Position numbers and translations under genes: made by a program
The notes under the pieces: generated by a model
What the model was told of the DNA's origin: nothing
What the model saw: only the letters and a program-made list of their open reading frames with translations
Database searches by the model: none
Part shown: positions 47,750-59,205 of the stretch, piece by piece
Numbering within the stretch: the stretch's first letter is position 1
Layout of the letters: the number at the start of each line of letters is the position of its first letter
Source: Escherichia coli
GTDB lineage: Bacteria > Pseudomonadota > Gammaproteobacteria > Enterobacterales > Enterobacteriaceae
DNA length: 64,000 nucleotides
NCBI RefSeq assembly: GCF_003334765.1
Contig: NZ_QOWT01000002.1
Reading direction: 5' to 3' (one strand)

Positions 47750-48031
47750 TTAATCGTAGCGATTTAACACGATTCGACGTTTGCTATCGCTACCTGCAAC
47801 AACCACTTCTGTCGTTACACCTTTGACGGGCGAAGAAAACAGATGACGGGTGTCAACATTATACGTTAACTGACCACAATGCTGTTGAGGTTGACCATTA
47901 ACCATAGCCATACTGCATGTTGGGGGACTGATCCTGCCATTAATCGCTAATGTGGCAGTCTCTGAAGAGAATGCGGGAGAAGCCAATCCATAGGCAAGAA
48001 AAATAATTCCTGACAGCCAATACTTATTCAT
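47750..48031 (-). CDS. yehE: Small secreted protein YehE (DUF2574)
   Basis: 93 aa with signal peptide MNKYWLSGIIFLAYGLASPAFS. Confidence 0.8.
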   Translation of the reverse strand: MNKYWLSGIIFLAYGLASPAFSSETATLAINGRISPPTCSMAMVNGQPQQHCGQLTYNVDTRHLFSSPVKGVTTEVVVAGSDSKRRIVLNRYD

Positions 48032-48293
48032 TGAACGTTATCCCTGTAGTAAAGGTTATGCCTGGATAGAATGAGTGCATAACAAACTATAGCTGTACAT
48101 CCACTACACAGCCACGAAGGATGATAATGAAGCATTGCCTGTATGATCAATCGACTTTGTAGAGTTTCGGACGAAGGTCCGCAGAATATTCGCAGTATTA
48201 AATAAGTGTTCATTAATGCGGCAAAAACTAATACACCGCATCAATGTAACATCTCTGCGGTGTATGAAGAATAACCAGAATGGTTAATAGGCG

Positions 48294-49403
48294 TTAGACC
48301 GCGCGGAAGGAAATCTCGCCTGGAATGACTTCACCCTGCCAGTAGAGCTGAGCTGCAACGCGGTCAGCCAGCTGGCGGTAGATAGCGGTAAATTCGCTCT
48401 CCGGACGGCTGATAACCGTTGGCGTACCTTTATCGAGATCCTCACGTAAGGAGATGTGTAACGGCATCTGCCCCAGCAGCTGTGTATGGTATTTTTCAGC
48501 CAGTTTCTCTGCACCACCGGTACCGAAAATCGGTTCATGGTGACCACAGTTACTGCAAATATGCACACTCATGTTCTCGACAATACCGAGCACCGGAACC
48601 TCGACTTTCTCGAACATCACAATGCCTTTTTTCGCATCGATCAGCGCGATGTCCTGCGGGGTGGTGACCACGACTGCACCGGTTACTGGAATGTTTTGCG
48701 CCAGCGTCAATTGAATGTCACCGGTGCCTGGCGGCATATCAAGCACCAGATAGTCGAGATCCGGCCACAAGGTTTCCTGCAACATCTGCATTAACGCCTT
48801 GCTCGCCATCGGTCCACGCCACACCATCGCATTGTCGTCAGTGACCAGATAACCAATTGAATTGGTTGCCAGGCCATGAGACATAATCGGTGCCATATGG
48901 GTACCGTCCGGCGAAGTTGGACGCTGATTTTCTGCGCCCAACATTGTTGGGATTGATGGGCCGTAGATATCGGCGTCCAGAATGCCGACTTTCGCCCCTT
49001 CTGCCGCCAGCGCCAGTGCCAGGTTTACCGCCGTGGACGATTTACCCACGCCGCCTTTACCGGAACTCACCGCGATAATGTTCTTCACACCGTTAATTCC
49101 CGGCTGATTCTTCACGCGTTTCAGAGTGGCTATGTTATGCGACAGTTTCCAGTCGATAGCTTTCGCCCCGGTGATGCGCAGCAGTTCGGCGCTACATTGC
49201 TCTTTTAACTCTTCGAACGCGCTATGCCAGACAAACGGCATAACCAGTTCCACATGCAACGTGTCGTCCATCCAGGCGACATGGTGCAACGCTTTCAGCG
49301 TGGTGAGGTTATGCTTCAGGGTTGGGTGCTGAAAATTGGCCAGTGTCCCGGCGACCATTGCGCGCAAGGCTTCTGGTGATTTGGCCTGGGATTGTTCGTT
49401 CAT
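48294..49403 (-). CDS. mrp: Fe-S cluster carrier P-loop ATPase Mrp/ApbC
   Basis: 369 aa from MNEQSQAKSPEALRAMVAG, deviant Walker A SGKGGVGKS and CxxC motif. Confidence 0.92.
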   Translation of the reverse strand: MNEQSQAKSPEALRAMVAGTLANFQHPTLKHNLTTLKALHHVAWMDDTLHVELVMPFVWHSAFEELKEQCSAELLRITGAKAIDWKLSHNIATLKRVKNQPGINGVKNIIAVSSGKGGVGKSSTAVNLALALAAEGAKVGILDADIYGPSIPTMLGAENQRPTSPDGTHMAPIMSHGLATNSIGYLVTDDNAMVWRGPMASKALMQMLQETLWPDLDYLVLDMPPGTGDIQLTLAQNIPVTGAVVVTTPQDIALIDAKKGIVMFEKVEVPVLGIVENMSVHICSNCGHHEPIFGTGGAEKLAEKYHTQLLGQMPLHISLREDLDKGTPTVISRPESEFTAIYRQLADRVAAQLYWQGEVIPGEISFRAV

Positions 49404-49534
49404 CCCGACTCCTTTTTTGTATAGATAAACCATCAGCTGATAGTTTACCTGAAGAATATAGAGAAGTACTTACTTAACATTTTCCCATTTGGTACTATCT
49501 AACCCCTTTTCACTATTAAGAAGTAATGCCTACT

Positions 49535-51568
49535 ATGACTCAAGTCGCGAAGAAAATTCTGGTGACGTGCGCACTGCCGTACGCTAACGGCTCAATCCAC
49601 CTCGGCCATATGCTGGAGCACATCCAGGCTGATGTCTGGGTCCGTTACCAGCGAATGCGCGGCCACGAGGTCAACTTCATCTGCGCCGACGATGCCCACG
49701 GTACACCGATCATGCTGAAAGCTCAGCAGCTTGGTATCACCCCGGAGCAGATGATTGGCGAAATGAGTCAGGAGCATCAGACTGATTTCGCAGGCTTTAA
49801 CATCAGCTATGACAACTATCACTCGACGCACAGCGAAGAGAACCGCCAGTTGTCAGAACTTATCTACTCTCGCCTGAAAGAGAACGGTTTTATTAAAAAC
49901 CGCACCATCTCTCAGCTGTACGATCCGGAAAAAGGCATGTTCCTGCCGGACCGTTTTGTGAAAGGCACCTGCCCGAAATGTAAATCCCCGGATCAATACG
50001 GCGATAACTGCGAAGTCTGCGGCGCGACCTACAGCCCGACTGAATTGATCGAGCCGAAATCGGTGGTTTCTGGCGCTACGCCGGTAATGCGTGATTCTGA
50101 ACACTTCTTCTTTGATCTGCCCTCTTTCAGCGAAATGTTGCAGGCATGGACCCGCAGCGGTGCGTTGCAGGAGCAGGTGGCAAATAAAATGCAGGAGTGG
50201 TTTGAATCCGGCCTGCAACAGTGGGATATCTCCCGCGACGCGCCATACTTTGGTTTTGAAATTCCGAACGCGCCGGGCAAATATTTCTACGTCTGGCTGG
50301 ACGCACCGATTGGCTACATGGGTTCTTTCAAGAATCTGTGCGACAAGCGCGGCGACAGCGTAAGCTTCGATGAATACTGGAAGAAAGACTCCACCGCCGA
50401 GCTGTACCACTTCATCGGTAAAGATATCGTTTACTTCCACAGCCTGTTCTGGCCTGCCATGCTGGAAGGCAGCAACTTCCGCAAGCCGACCAACCTGTTT
50501 GTTCATGGCTATGTGACGGTGAACGGCGCGAAGATGTCCAAGTCTCGCGGCACCTTTATTAAAGCCAGCACCTGGCTGAATCATTTTGACGCTGACAGCC
50601 TGCGTTACTACTACACTGCGAAACTCTCTTCGCGCATTGATGATATCGATCTCAACCTGGAGGATTTCGTTCAGCGCGTGAATGCCGATATCGTTAACAA
50701 AGTGGTTAACCTGGCCTCCCGTAACGCGGGCTTTATCAACAAACGTTTTGACGGCGTGCTGGCAAACGAACTGGCTGACCCGCAGTTGTACAAAACCTTC
50801 ACTGATGCCGCTGAAGTGATTGGTGAAGCGTGGGAAAGCCGTGAATTTGGTAAAGCTGTGCGCGAAATCATGGCGCTGGCTGATCTGGCTAACCGCTATG
50901 TCGATGAACAGGCTCCGTGGGTAGTCGCAAAACAGGAAGGTCGCGATGCTGACCTGCAGGCGATTTGCTCAATGGGCATCAACCTGTTCCGCGTGCTGAT
51001 GACTTACCTGAAGCCGGTACTGCCGAAACTGACCGAGCGTGCAGAAGCCTTCCTCAATACGGAACTGACCTGGGATGGTATCCAGCAACCGCTGCTGGGC
51101 CACAAAGTGAATCCGTTCAAGGCGCTGTATAACCGCATCGATATGAAACAGGTTGAAGCTCTGGTGGAAGCCTCTAAAGAAGAAGTGAAAGCAGCTGCCG
51201 CGCCAGTTACTGGCCCACTGGCAGATGATCCGATTCAGGAAACCATCACCTTTGACGACTTCGCCAAAGTTGACCTGCGCGTAGCGCTGATCGAAAACGC
51301 AGAGTTTGTTGAAGGTTCTGACAAACTGCTGCGCCTGACACTGGATCTCGGCGGTGAAAAACGCAATGTCTTCTCCGGTATTCGTTCTGCCTACCCGGAT
51401 CCGCAGGCACTGATTGGTCGTCACACCATTATGGTGGCTAACCTGGCACCACGTAAAATGCGCTTTGGAATCTCCGAAGGCATGGTGATGGCTGCCGGTC
51501 CAGGCGGGAAAGATATCTTCCTGCTAAGCCCGGATGCTGGTGCTAAACCGGGTCATCAGGTGAAATAA
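49535..51568 (+). CDS. metG: Methionyl-tRNA synthetase
   Basis: 677 aa from [26 protein letters not shown] (HIGH motif) with KMSKS. Confidence 0.95.
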   Translation: MTQVAKKILVTCALPYANGSIHLGHMLEHIQADVWVRYQRMRGHEVNFICADDAHGTPIMLKAQQLGITPEQMIGEMSQEHQTDFAGFNISYDNYHSTHSEENRQLSELIYSRLKENGFIKNRTISQLYDPEKGMFLPDRFVKGTCPKCKSPDQYGDNCEVCGATYSPTELIEPKSVVSGATPVMRDSEHFFFDLPSFSEMLQAWTRSGALQEQVANKMQEWFESGLQQWDISRDAPYFGFEIPNAPGKYFYVWLDAPIGYMGSFKNLCDKRGDSVSFDEYWKKDSTAELYHFIGKDIVYFHSLFWPAMLEGSNFRKPTNLFVHGYVTVNGAKMSKSRGTFIKASTWLNHFDADSLRYYYTAKLSSRIDDIDLNLEDFVQRVNADIVNKVVNLASRNAGFINKRFDGVLANELADPQLYKTFTDAAEVIGEAWESREFGKAVREIMALADLANRYVDEQAPWVVAKQEGRDADLQAICSMGINLFRVLMTYLKPVLPKLTERAEAFLNTELTWDGIQQPLLGHKVNPFKALYNRIDMKQVEALVEASKEEVKAAAAPVTGPLADDPIQETITFDDFAKVDLRVALIENAEFVEGSDKLLRLTLDLGGEKRNVFSGIRSAYPDPQALIGRHTIMVANLAPRKMRFGISEGMVMAAGPGGKDIFLLSPDAGAKPGHQVK

Positions 51569-51578
51569 TCCCCCTTCA

Positions 51579-51609
51579 AGGCGCTGCATCGACAGCGCCT
51601 TTTCTTTAT
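51579..51609 (+). terminator. Intrinsic terminator of metG
   Basis: aggcgctg-catcga-cagcgcct hairpin followed by TTTTCTTTAT. Confidence 0.7.
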
Positions 51610-51708
51610 AAATTCCTAAAGTTGTTTTCTTGCGATTTTGTCTCTCTCTAACCCGCATAAATACTGGTAGCATCTGCATTCAACTGGATAAAATTACAGG
51701 GATGCAGA

Positions 51709-54700
51709 ATGAGACACTTTATCTATCAGGACGAAAAATCACATAAATTCTGGGCGGTGGAGCAACAGGGAAACGAGTTGCATATCAGTTGGGGAAAAGT
51801 TGGCACCAAAGGGCAAAGTCAGATAAAAAGTTTTTCAGATGCTGCGGCAGCGGAAAAAGCGGAACTTAAGCTGATTGCGGAGAAGGTGAAGAAGGGGTAT
51901 GTGGAGCAAGCGAAGGATAATTCTTTGCAACCTTCCCAAACGGTAACGGGCTCTCTCAAGGTAGCGGACTTATCCACCATTATTCAGGAACAACCCTCTT
52001 TCGTAGCAGAAACCCGTGCGCCTGACAAAAATACAGATGCTGTTTTACCGTGGCTGGCGAAAGATATTGCTGTCGTTTTTCCGCCCGAAGTTGTACACAC
52101 CACGTTAAGTCATCGCCGCTTTCCCGGAGTTCCTGTTCAGCAAGCAGACAAATTGACCCAATTACGTCGCTTAGCCTGTAGTGTGTCGCAACGGGATAAT
52201 AAAACAGCCACATTTGACTTCAGCGCCTGTTCTTTAGAATGGCAAAACACCGTCGCCCAGGCGATCAGTCAGATCGACGGCCTGAAAACAACACAGTTAC
52301 CATCACCAGTAATGGCTGTACTCACGGCACTTGAAATGAAATGCACAAGATATAAAGTGCGTGAGGATGTTATGGATCAGATCGTCCAGGAAGGCGGTCT
52401 GGAATATGCTACTGATGTAATAATACACCTTCAACAGATTGATATTGAATGGGATTATGCGAATAATGTCATTATTATTCTGCCGTCTGGCATTGCACCT
52501 AGCTACTTGGAGCAATATTCCAGATTTGAATTACGCCTACGTAAACATTTATCACTGACGGAAGAGTCTCTCTGGCAAAAATGTGCACAAAAACTTATTG
52601 CCGCAATTCCACATATTCCAGAATGGCGGCAACCATTAATTGCTTTGTTATTACCCGAAAAACCAGAAATTGCACATGAAATTGCCCAGCGTCTACTGGG
52701 GCAAAAAAAATTACCCTCGCTTGAGTGGTTAAAAATAGTGGCGACTGATGAGCACATTCTTGCCTCATTAGAAAAATATCACGAACCATATGCCATTTTT
52801 GATGATTACTATTGTGGTGCGATATGGTCAGCCACCGTATTACAGGAGCAAGGTGTTGCAGCCCTGCCCCGATTTGCTCCCTATGCCGCAAGTGACTACT
52901 GCGCCGATGTGTTGCGTCATATCAATCATCCGTTCGCATTGACACTGCTTATACGTGTAGCCGGGCAAACTAAACGCTGTCACGATCGGATGACGAAAGC
53001 CATTGCTGCGTTCCCACATGCAGCAATGGCGGCACTGACGGAACTTCTTGGGCAAAAAGAAGAGAACAGTTGGCGCATTATGCTAATGACAATGCTTATC
53101 TCACAACCAGCACTGGCAGAACAGGTCATTCCCTGGCTCTCGACACCCGCAGTTGCCGTACTGAAATCATGCCAGCAACAACTGACACAGCCCTCAAACC
53201 ATGCCAGCGCCGATCTACTGCCAGCCGTAGTAGTCTCCCCTCCCTGGCTTTCGAAAAAGAAAAAATCGCCGATTCCGGTGCTGGATTTAGCGCCATTAGG
53301 CATTGAGCCAATCTGTTATCTGACAGAAGAAATCAGTAATCAACTTTTGGCGAAATATATCTGGTATTCAAAACACATCACGGTTAGCCATGAAGAAAGT
53401 ACTACCAACCTGTTGGCAAGGATGGGTTTTCAACGACGGATCGCTGGTACATATATTAAAGCTCCCGAAGCGGTAGTTGAGGCATGGCTAAATGAAGATT
53501 ATTCAACCTTACTAAGTGAATTTAAGGTGTTTCATTCACCTACCGGGCATTATTGGCAGTTGGGGATTTTGACAACATTGCCGCTGGAGAAAGCAGTAAA
53601 AGCATGGAATGCCCTTACCCTATCTCCACATACCGATACCGAATACTCCATGTTACATTTTGGACTCAAAGGGTTACCTGGGTTAGTAAACTCACTTGCA
53701 CGCTATCCACAAGAAGCCTTGCCCATCACGAATTACTTCGCAGCGAGTGAGCTGGCTCCTGCCGTCGCCCGTGCCTTCAACAAACTGAAAACGCTACGCG
53801 AAAACGCCCGTAGCTGGCTGTTGAAATACCCGGAACATGCCCTTACCGGCCTGCTGCCTGCGGCGCTCGGCAAAGCCGGTGAAGCACAGGATAACGCCCG
53901 CGCTGCCTTGCGTATGCTTACCGAAAACGGTCATCAGCCATTACTGCAAGAAATCGCCCGACGTTATAACCAGCCGGAAGTAACCGATGCGGTGAACGCT
54001 CTGCTTGCGCTCGATCCCTTAGATAATCACCCGACAAAAATCCCCACTCTTCCGGCCTTTTATCAGCCATCGCTCTGGACGCGCCCGGTATTAAAAGCAA
54101 ATGCCCAATCACTGCCAGATAGCGCCCTCCTCCACCTCGGTGAAATGCTCCGCTTCCCTCAGGAAGAGGCTCTGTATCCGGGATTATTGCAGGTGAAAGA
54201 CGTCTGTTCCGCCGACTCACTGGCGGGATTTGCCTGGGATCTGTTTACCGCCTGGCAGACCGCTGGCGCGCCGTCGAAAGAGAGTTGGGCGTTCACTGCG
54301 TTAGGCGTTCTCGGTAACGATGACACCGCCCGCAAACTGACGCCATTAATACGCGCCTGGCCTGGTGAATCCCAGCATAAACGCGCCACCGTTGGGTTGG
54401 ATATTCTCGCTGCTATCGGTAGTGATATCGCCCTTATGCAGCTTAACGGCATCGCCCAGAAACTGAAATTCAAAGCATTACAGGAGCGGGCAAAAGAAAA
54501 AATTGCCGACATTGCCGAGAGCCGCGAACTCACGGTGGCGGAGCTTGAAGATCGGTTAGCACCGGATCTCGGTCTGGATGATAACGGTTCGCTGCTGCTG
54601 GATTTTGGCCCACGGCAGTTCACCGTCAGCTTTGATGAAACCTTAAAACCGTTTGTGCGTGATGTTTCCGGCAGCCGCCTGAAAGACCTGCCCAAACCGA

Positions 54701-55503
54701 ACAAAAGCGATGATGAAACGCGGGCGAACGATGCGGTTAACCGCTACAAATTGCTGAAAAAAGATGCGCGTACCATCGCCGCCCAGCAGGTAGCAAGGCT
54801 GGAATCCGCCATGTGCCTGCGCCGCCGCTGGTCGCTGGAAAACTTCCAGCTCTTCCTGGTTGAGCATCCGCTGGTTCGTCACTTAACCCGCCGTCTGATT
54901 TGGGGCGTTTATAGCGCCGAAAACCAGCTACTGGCTTGCTTTCGCGTAGCAGAAGATAACAGCTCCAGCACCGCTGACGATGATCTTTTCACCCTGCCGG
55001 AAGGCGATATCTCTATCGGCACTCCTCACGTTCTGGAAATATCACCAACGGATGCTGCCGCCTTTGGTCAGCTTTTTGCCGACTACGAACTGCTACCACC
55101 GTTCCGCCAGCTCGACCGTAACAGCTACGCCCTGACAGAAGCCGAGCGCAATGCCAGTGAACTGACCCGCTGGGCAGGCAGAAAATGCCCGAGTGGTCGG
55201 GTCATGGGGCTGGCGAATAAAGGCTGGATAAAGGGCGAACCACAGGATGGAGGCTGGATCGGATGGATGATCAAACCTTTGGGTCGCTGGTCGTTAATCA
55301 TGGAAATCGATGAAGGCTTTGCGGTAGGCATGTCGCCAGCCGAACTCAGCGCTGAGCAGCTCTTAAGCAAGCTGTGGCTATGGGAAGGCAAAGCAGAAAG
55401 ATATGGCTGGGGGAGTAATTCAACACAGGAAGCGCAGTTCTCCGTAATCGATGCCATCACCGCCAGCGAGCTAATTAACGATATTGAAGCCCTGTTTGAA
55501 TAA
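51709..55503 (+). CDS. molR: MolR-family WGR-domain / DUF4132 protein, full length
   Basis: Uninterrupted 1264-aa ORF; N-terminal WGR-like segment (KFWAVEQQGNELHISWGKVG); C-terminal region paralogous to YehI. Confidence 0.85.
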   Translation: MRHFIYQDEKSHKFWAVEQQGNELHISWGKVGTKGQSQIKSFSDAAAAEKAELKLIAEKVKKGYVEQAKDNSLQPSQTVTGSLKVADLSTIIQEQPSFVAETRAPDKNTDAVLPWLAKDIAVVFPPEVVHTTLSHRRFPGVPVQQADKLTQLRRLACSVSQRDNKTATFDFSACSLEWQNTVAQAISQIDGLKTTQLPSPVMAVLTALEMKCTRYKVREDVMDQIVQEGGLEYATDVIIHLQQIDIEWDYANNVIIILPSGIAPSYLEQYSRFELRLRKHLSLTEESLWQKCAQKLIAAIPHIPEWRQPLIALLLPEKPEIAHEIAQRLLGQKKLPSLEWLKIVATDEHILASLEKYHEPYAIFDDYYCGAIWSATVLQEQGVAALPRFAPYAASDYCADVLRHINHPFALTLLIRVAGQTKRCHDRMTKAIAAFPHAAMAALTELLGQKEENSWRIMLMTMLISQPALAEQVIPWLSTPAVAVLKSCQQQLTQPSNHASADLLPAVVVSPPWLSKKKKSPIPVLDLAPLGIEPICYLTEEISNQLLAKYIWYSKHITVSHEESTTNLLARMGFQRRIAGTYIKAPEAVVEAWLNEDYSTLLSEFKVFHSPTGHYWQLGILTTLPLEKAVKAWNALTLSPHTDTEYSMLHFGLKGLPGLVNSLARYPQEALPITNYFAASELAPAVARAFNKLKTLRENARSWLLKYPEHALTGLLPAALGKAGEAQDNARAALRMLTENGHQPLLQEIARRYNQPEVTDAVNALLALDPLDNHPTKIPTLPAFYQPSLWTRPVLKANAQSLPDSALLHLGEMLRFPQEEALYPGLLQVKDVCSADSLAGFAWDLFTAWQTAGAPSKESWAFTALGVLGNDDTARKLTPLIRAWPGESQHKRATVGLDILAAIGSDIALMQLNGIAQKLKFKALQERAKEKIADIAESRELTVAELEDRLAPDLGLDDNGSLLLDFGPRQFTVSFDETLKPFVRDVSGSRLKDLPKPNKSDDETRANDAVNRYKLLKKDARTIAAQQVARLESAMCLRRRWSLENFQLFLVEHPLVRHLTRRLIWGVYSAENQLLACFRVAEDNSSSTADDDLFTLPEGDISIGTPHVLEISPTDAAAFGQLFADYELLPPFRQLDRNSYALTEAERNASELTRWAGRKCPSGRVMGLANKGWIKGEPQDGGWIGWMIKPLGRWSLIMEIDEGFAVGMSPAELSAEQLLSKLWLWEGKAERYGWGSNSTQEAQFSVIDAITASELINDIEALFE

Positions 55504-55512
55504 GGAAAGAGC

Positions 55513-58500
55513 ATGGACAAGGAATTACCGTGGCTGGCGGATAACGCCCAACTGGAACTGAAATATAAAAAAGGCAAAACGCCGCTCAGTCATCGTCGCT
55601 GGCCGGGCGAACCAGTGTCCGTTATCACTGGAAGTCTCATCCAGACATTGGGTGATGAATTGCTACAAAAAGCTGAGAAGAAAAAAAACATTGTCTGGCG
55701 TTATGAGAATTTTTCACTGGAGTGGCAGTCCGCCATCACGCAGGCCATCAACTTGATCGGCGAACACAAACCCTCAATCCCGGCCCGGACAATGGCGGCG
55801 CTAGCCTGTATCGCGCAAAATGACAGCCAACAGTTGCTCGACGAAATCGTCCAACAAGAGGGGCTGGAATATGCGACTGAGGTGGTGATTGCACGCCAGT
55901 TTATTGCGCGGTGTTATGAGAGTGATCCTCTGGTAGTGACATTGCAGTATCAGGACGAGGATTATGGCTATGGTTATCGCTCAGAAACCTATAACGAATT
56001 CGATCTCCGACTGCGTAAGCATCTCTCTCTGGCAGAGGAAAGCTGCTGGCAGCGTTGCGCCGACAAACTCATTGCCGCACTACCAGGAATAACCAAAGTT
56101 CGCCGCCCTTTTATTGCGCTGATCCTCCCGGAAAAACCAGAAATAGCCAATGAGTTGGTAGGCCTTGAATGCCCGCGAACTCATTTTCATTCTAAGGAGT
56201 GGTTAAAAGTTGTTGCTAATGACCCCACAGCGGTGAGAAAACTCGAACACTACTGGAGCCAGGATATATTTAGCGATCGAGAAGCCAGCTACATGTCGCA
56301 TGAAAACCACTTCGGCTACGCGGCCTGCGCCGCCCTTTTGCGCGAACAAGGACTGGCAGCCATTCCGCGCCTCGCGATGTATGCCCATAAAGAAGATTGC
56401 GGCAGTCTGCTGGTACAAATTAACCATCCGCAAGTCATCCGCACCTTGCTACTGGTGGCTGATAAAAACAAACCCAGCCTGCAACGTGTAGCTAAATACC
56501 ATAAAAACTTCCCCCATGCGACGCTCGCCGCACTGGCAGAACTGCTGGCGTTAACAGAACCACCAGCCCGCCCTGGTTATCCAATCATCGAAGACAAAAA
56601 GCTGCCTGCACAGCAAAAAGCACGCGATGAATACTGGCGTACGCTGTTACAAACGCTGATGGCATCGCAGCCACAACTGGCAGCAGAAGTGATGCCGTGG
56701 TTAAGTACTCAACCCCAGTCAGTGCTGAAGAGTTATTTATCGGCACCGCCCAAACCGGTTATTGATGGCACCGATAACAGCAATCTGCCAGAAATCCTCG
56801 TTTCACCACCGTGGCGTAGTAAGAAAAAAATGACAGCTCCACGTCTTGATTTGGCACCGCTCGAATTAACTCCGCAAGTTTACTGGCAACCAGGCGAACA
56901 AGAGAGGCTTGCCGCCACTGAGCCTGCCCGTTATTTCAGCACGGAATCTCTTGCGCAACGCATGGAACAAAAAAGTGGACGAGTTGTATTACAGGAACTG
57001 GGTTTTGGGGATGATGTATGGCTGTTTCTGAATTATATACTCCCCGGAAAACTGGATGCTGCACGCAATTCACTCTTTGTTCAGTGGCATTACTACCAGG
57101 GGCGGGTTGAAGAGATCCTGAATGGCTGGAACTCCCCGGAAGCACAATTAGCAGAACAGGCGCTCCGCAGCGGTCACATAGAAGCGTTAATTAACATATG
57201 GGAAAATGACAACTACTCACATTATCGTCCGGAAAAGAGTGTCTGGAACCTGTATTTATTGGCACAGTTGCCGCGTGAGATGGCTTTGACCTTCTGGCTG
57301 CGTATCAATGAGAAAAAGCATCTGTTCGCGGGTGAGGACTATTTTCTCAGTATCCTCGGATTGGATGCGCTACCAGGTCTGCTGTTGGCTTTTTCACATC
57401 GTCCAAAAGAAACATTTCCGTTAATTTTAAATTTTGGCGCAACAGAACTGGCGCTGCCTGTTGCCCACGTCTGGCGACGTTTCGCGGCGCAGCGTGATCT
57501 GGCTCGCCAGTGGATTTTACAATGGCCGGAACATACGGCTAGTGCACTTATCCCTCTTGTCTTTACCAAACCCAGCGATAATAGCGAAGCCGCATTACTT
57601 GCCCTGCGTTTACTGTACGAACAGGGACATGGCGAATTGCTACAAACCGTGGCAAACCGCTGGCAGCGTACAGATGTATGGTCTGCCCTGGAGCAGTTGC
57701 TTAAACAGGATCCAATGGACATTTACCCGGCACGCATTCCAAAAGCCCCTGATTTCTGGCATCCGGCAATGTGGTCCAGGCCTCGACTTATCACTAATAA
57801 TCAGCCTGTTACCGGTGACGCTCTGGAAATTATCGGCGAAATGCTGCGCTTTACCCAGGGGGGACGTTTTTATAGCGGGCTGGAACAACTGAAAACGTTC
57901 TGCCAGCCACAAACGCTGGCAGCTTTTGCCTGGGATCTCTTCACTGCGTGGCAACAAGCTGGTGCCCCCGCAAAAGACAACTGGGCATTTCTGGCGTTAA
58001 GTCTCTTTGGTGACGAAAGCACGGCACGGGATCTGACGACACAGATCCTCGCCTGGCCACAAGAAGGCAAATCTGCCCGTGCTGTCAGCGGCCTGAACAT
58101 CCTTACCCTGATGAATAATGATATGGCGCTGATACAGCTGCATCATATATCGCAACGGGCTAAATCCCGCCCCTTACGTGATAACGCGGCGGAATTTCTT
58201 CAGGTGGTCGCAGAAAATCGCGGGCTAAGCCAGGAAGAGCTAGCGGACAGATTAGTCCCAACCCTGGGCCTTGATGATCCGCAGGCGTTGAGTTTTGATT
58301 TTGGTCCCCGGCAGTTTACCGTTCGCTTCGATGAAAACCTCAACCCGGTTATCTTTGATCAGCAAAACGTTCGCCAGAAAAGCGTTCCCCGTTTGCGCGC
58401 CGATGACGATCAACTGAAAGCGCCCGAGGCACTGACCCGACTAAAAGGGCTAAAAAAAGATGCTACTCAGGTGAGCAAAAACCTGCTCCCGCGTCTTGAA

Positions 58501-59145
58501 GCTGCCCTACGTACCACCCGACGCTGGTCGCTGGCAGATTTTCATTCTCTGTTTGTTAATCATCCCTTTACCCGTCTGGTTACCCAGCGATTAATATGGG
58601 GGGGTTATCCGGCAAATGAACCGCGTCGTTTACTCAACGCCTTTCGTGTGGCCGCAGAGGGGGAGTTCTGCAATGCGCAAGATGAGCCAATTGACCTGCC
58701 TGCGGACGCTCTGATTGGCATTGCCCACCCGTTAGAAATGGCAGTAGAAATGCGCAGTGAATTTGCACAGCTTTTTGCCGATTACGAAATTATGCCGCCT
58801 TTTCGCCAGTTGTCGCGCCGCACGGTGCTGCTCACACCTGACGAGTCAACCAGTAACAGCCTGACTCGCTGGGAAGGTAAATCCGCTACCGTTGGGCAAC
58901 TTATGGGAATGCGATACAAAGGCTGGGAGTCAGGCTATGAGGACACATTTGTCTATGACCTGGGCGAGTACCGGCTGGTCCTTAAGTTTTCACCCGGTTT
59001 TAACCACTACAATGTTGATAGCAAAGCGTTAATGAGCTGCCGTTCTCTTCGAGTGTACCGTGACAATAAATCCGTCACTTTTGCCGAACTTGATGTGTTT
59101 GATTTGAGTGAGGCGTTAAGCGCACCTGACGTCATTTTCCATTAA
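55513..59145 (+). CDS. yehI: DUF4132-family protein YehI (MolR paralog without the WGR N-terminus)
   Basis: 1210 aa; shared blocks with MolR such as GPRQFTV(S/R)FDE and RRWSL..F..F. Confidence 0.88.
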   Translation: MDKELPWLADNAQLELKYKKGKTPLSHRRWPGEPVSVITGSLIQTLGDELLQKAEKKKNIVWRYENFSLEWQSAITQAINLIGEHKPSIPARTMAALACIAQNDSQQLLDEIVQQEGLEYATEVVIARQFIARCYESDPLVVTLQYQDEDYGYGYRSETYNEFDLRLRKHLSLAEESCWQRCADKLIAALPGITKVRRPFIALILPEKPEIANELVGLECPRTHFHSKEWLKVVANDPTAVRKLEHYWSQDIFSDREASYMSHENHFGYAACAALLREQGLAAIPRLAMYAHKEDCGSLLVQINHPQVIRTLLLVADKNKPSLQRVAKYHKNFPHATLAALAELLALTEPPARPGYPIIEDKKLPAQQKARDEYWRTLLQTLMASQPQLAAEVMPWLSTQPQSVLKSYLSAPPKPVIDGTDNSNLPEILVSPPWRSKKKMTAPRLDLAPLELTPQVYWQPGEQERLAATEPARYFSTESLAQRMEQKSGRVVLQELGFGDDVWLFLNYILPGKLDAARNSLFVQWHYYQGRVEEILNGWNSPEAQLAEQALRSGHIEALINIWENDNYSHYRPEKSVWNLYLLAQLPREMALTFWLRINEKKHLFAGEDYFLSILGLDALPGLLLAFSHRPKETFPLILNFGATELALPVAHVWRRFAAQRDLARQWILQWPEHTASALIPLVFTKPSDNSEAALLALRLLYEQGHGELLQTVANRWQRTDVWSALEQLLKQDPMDIYPARIPKAPDFWHPAMWSRPRLITNNQPVTGDALEIIGEMLRFTQGGRFYSGLEQLKTFCQPQTLAAFAWDLFTAWQQAGAPAKDNWAFLALSLFGDESTARDLTTQILAWPQEGKSARAVSGLNILTLMNNDMALIQLHHISQRAKSRPLRDNAAEFLQVVAENRGLSQEELADRLVPTLGLDDPQALSFDFGPRQFTVRFDENLNPVIFDQQNVRQKSVPRLRADDDQLKAPEALTRLKGLKKDATQVSKNLLPRLEAALRTTRRWSLADFHSLFVNHPFTRLVTQRLIWGGYPANEPRRLLNAFRVAAEGEFCNAQDEPIDLPADALIGIAHPLEMAVEMRSEFAQLFADYEIMPPFRQLSRRTVLLTPDESTSNSLTRWEGKSATVGQLMGMRYKGWESGYEDTFVYDLGEYRLVLKFSPGFNHYNVDSKALMSCRSLRVYRDNKSVTFAELDVFDLSEALSAPDVIFH

Positions 59146-59205
59146 AACACAGCGGGCAGTGATGCGACTGCCCGTTATCTACACGACTTACCAGCGGGGA
59201 AAGCG

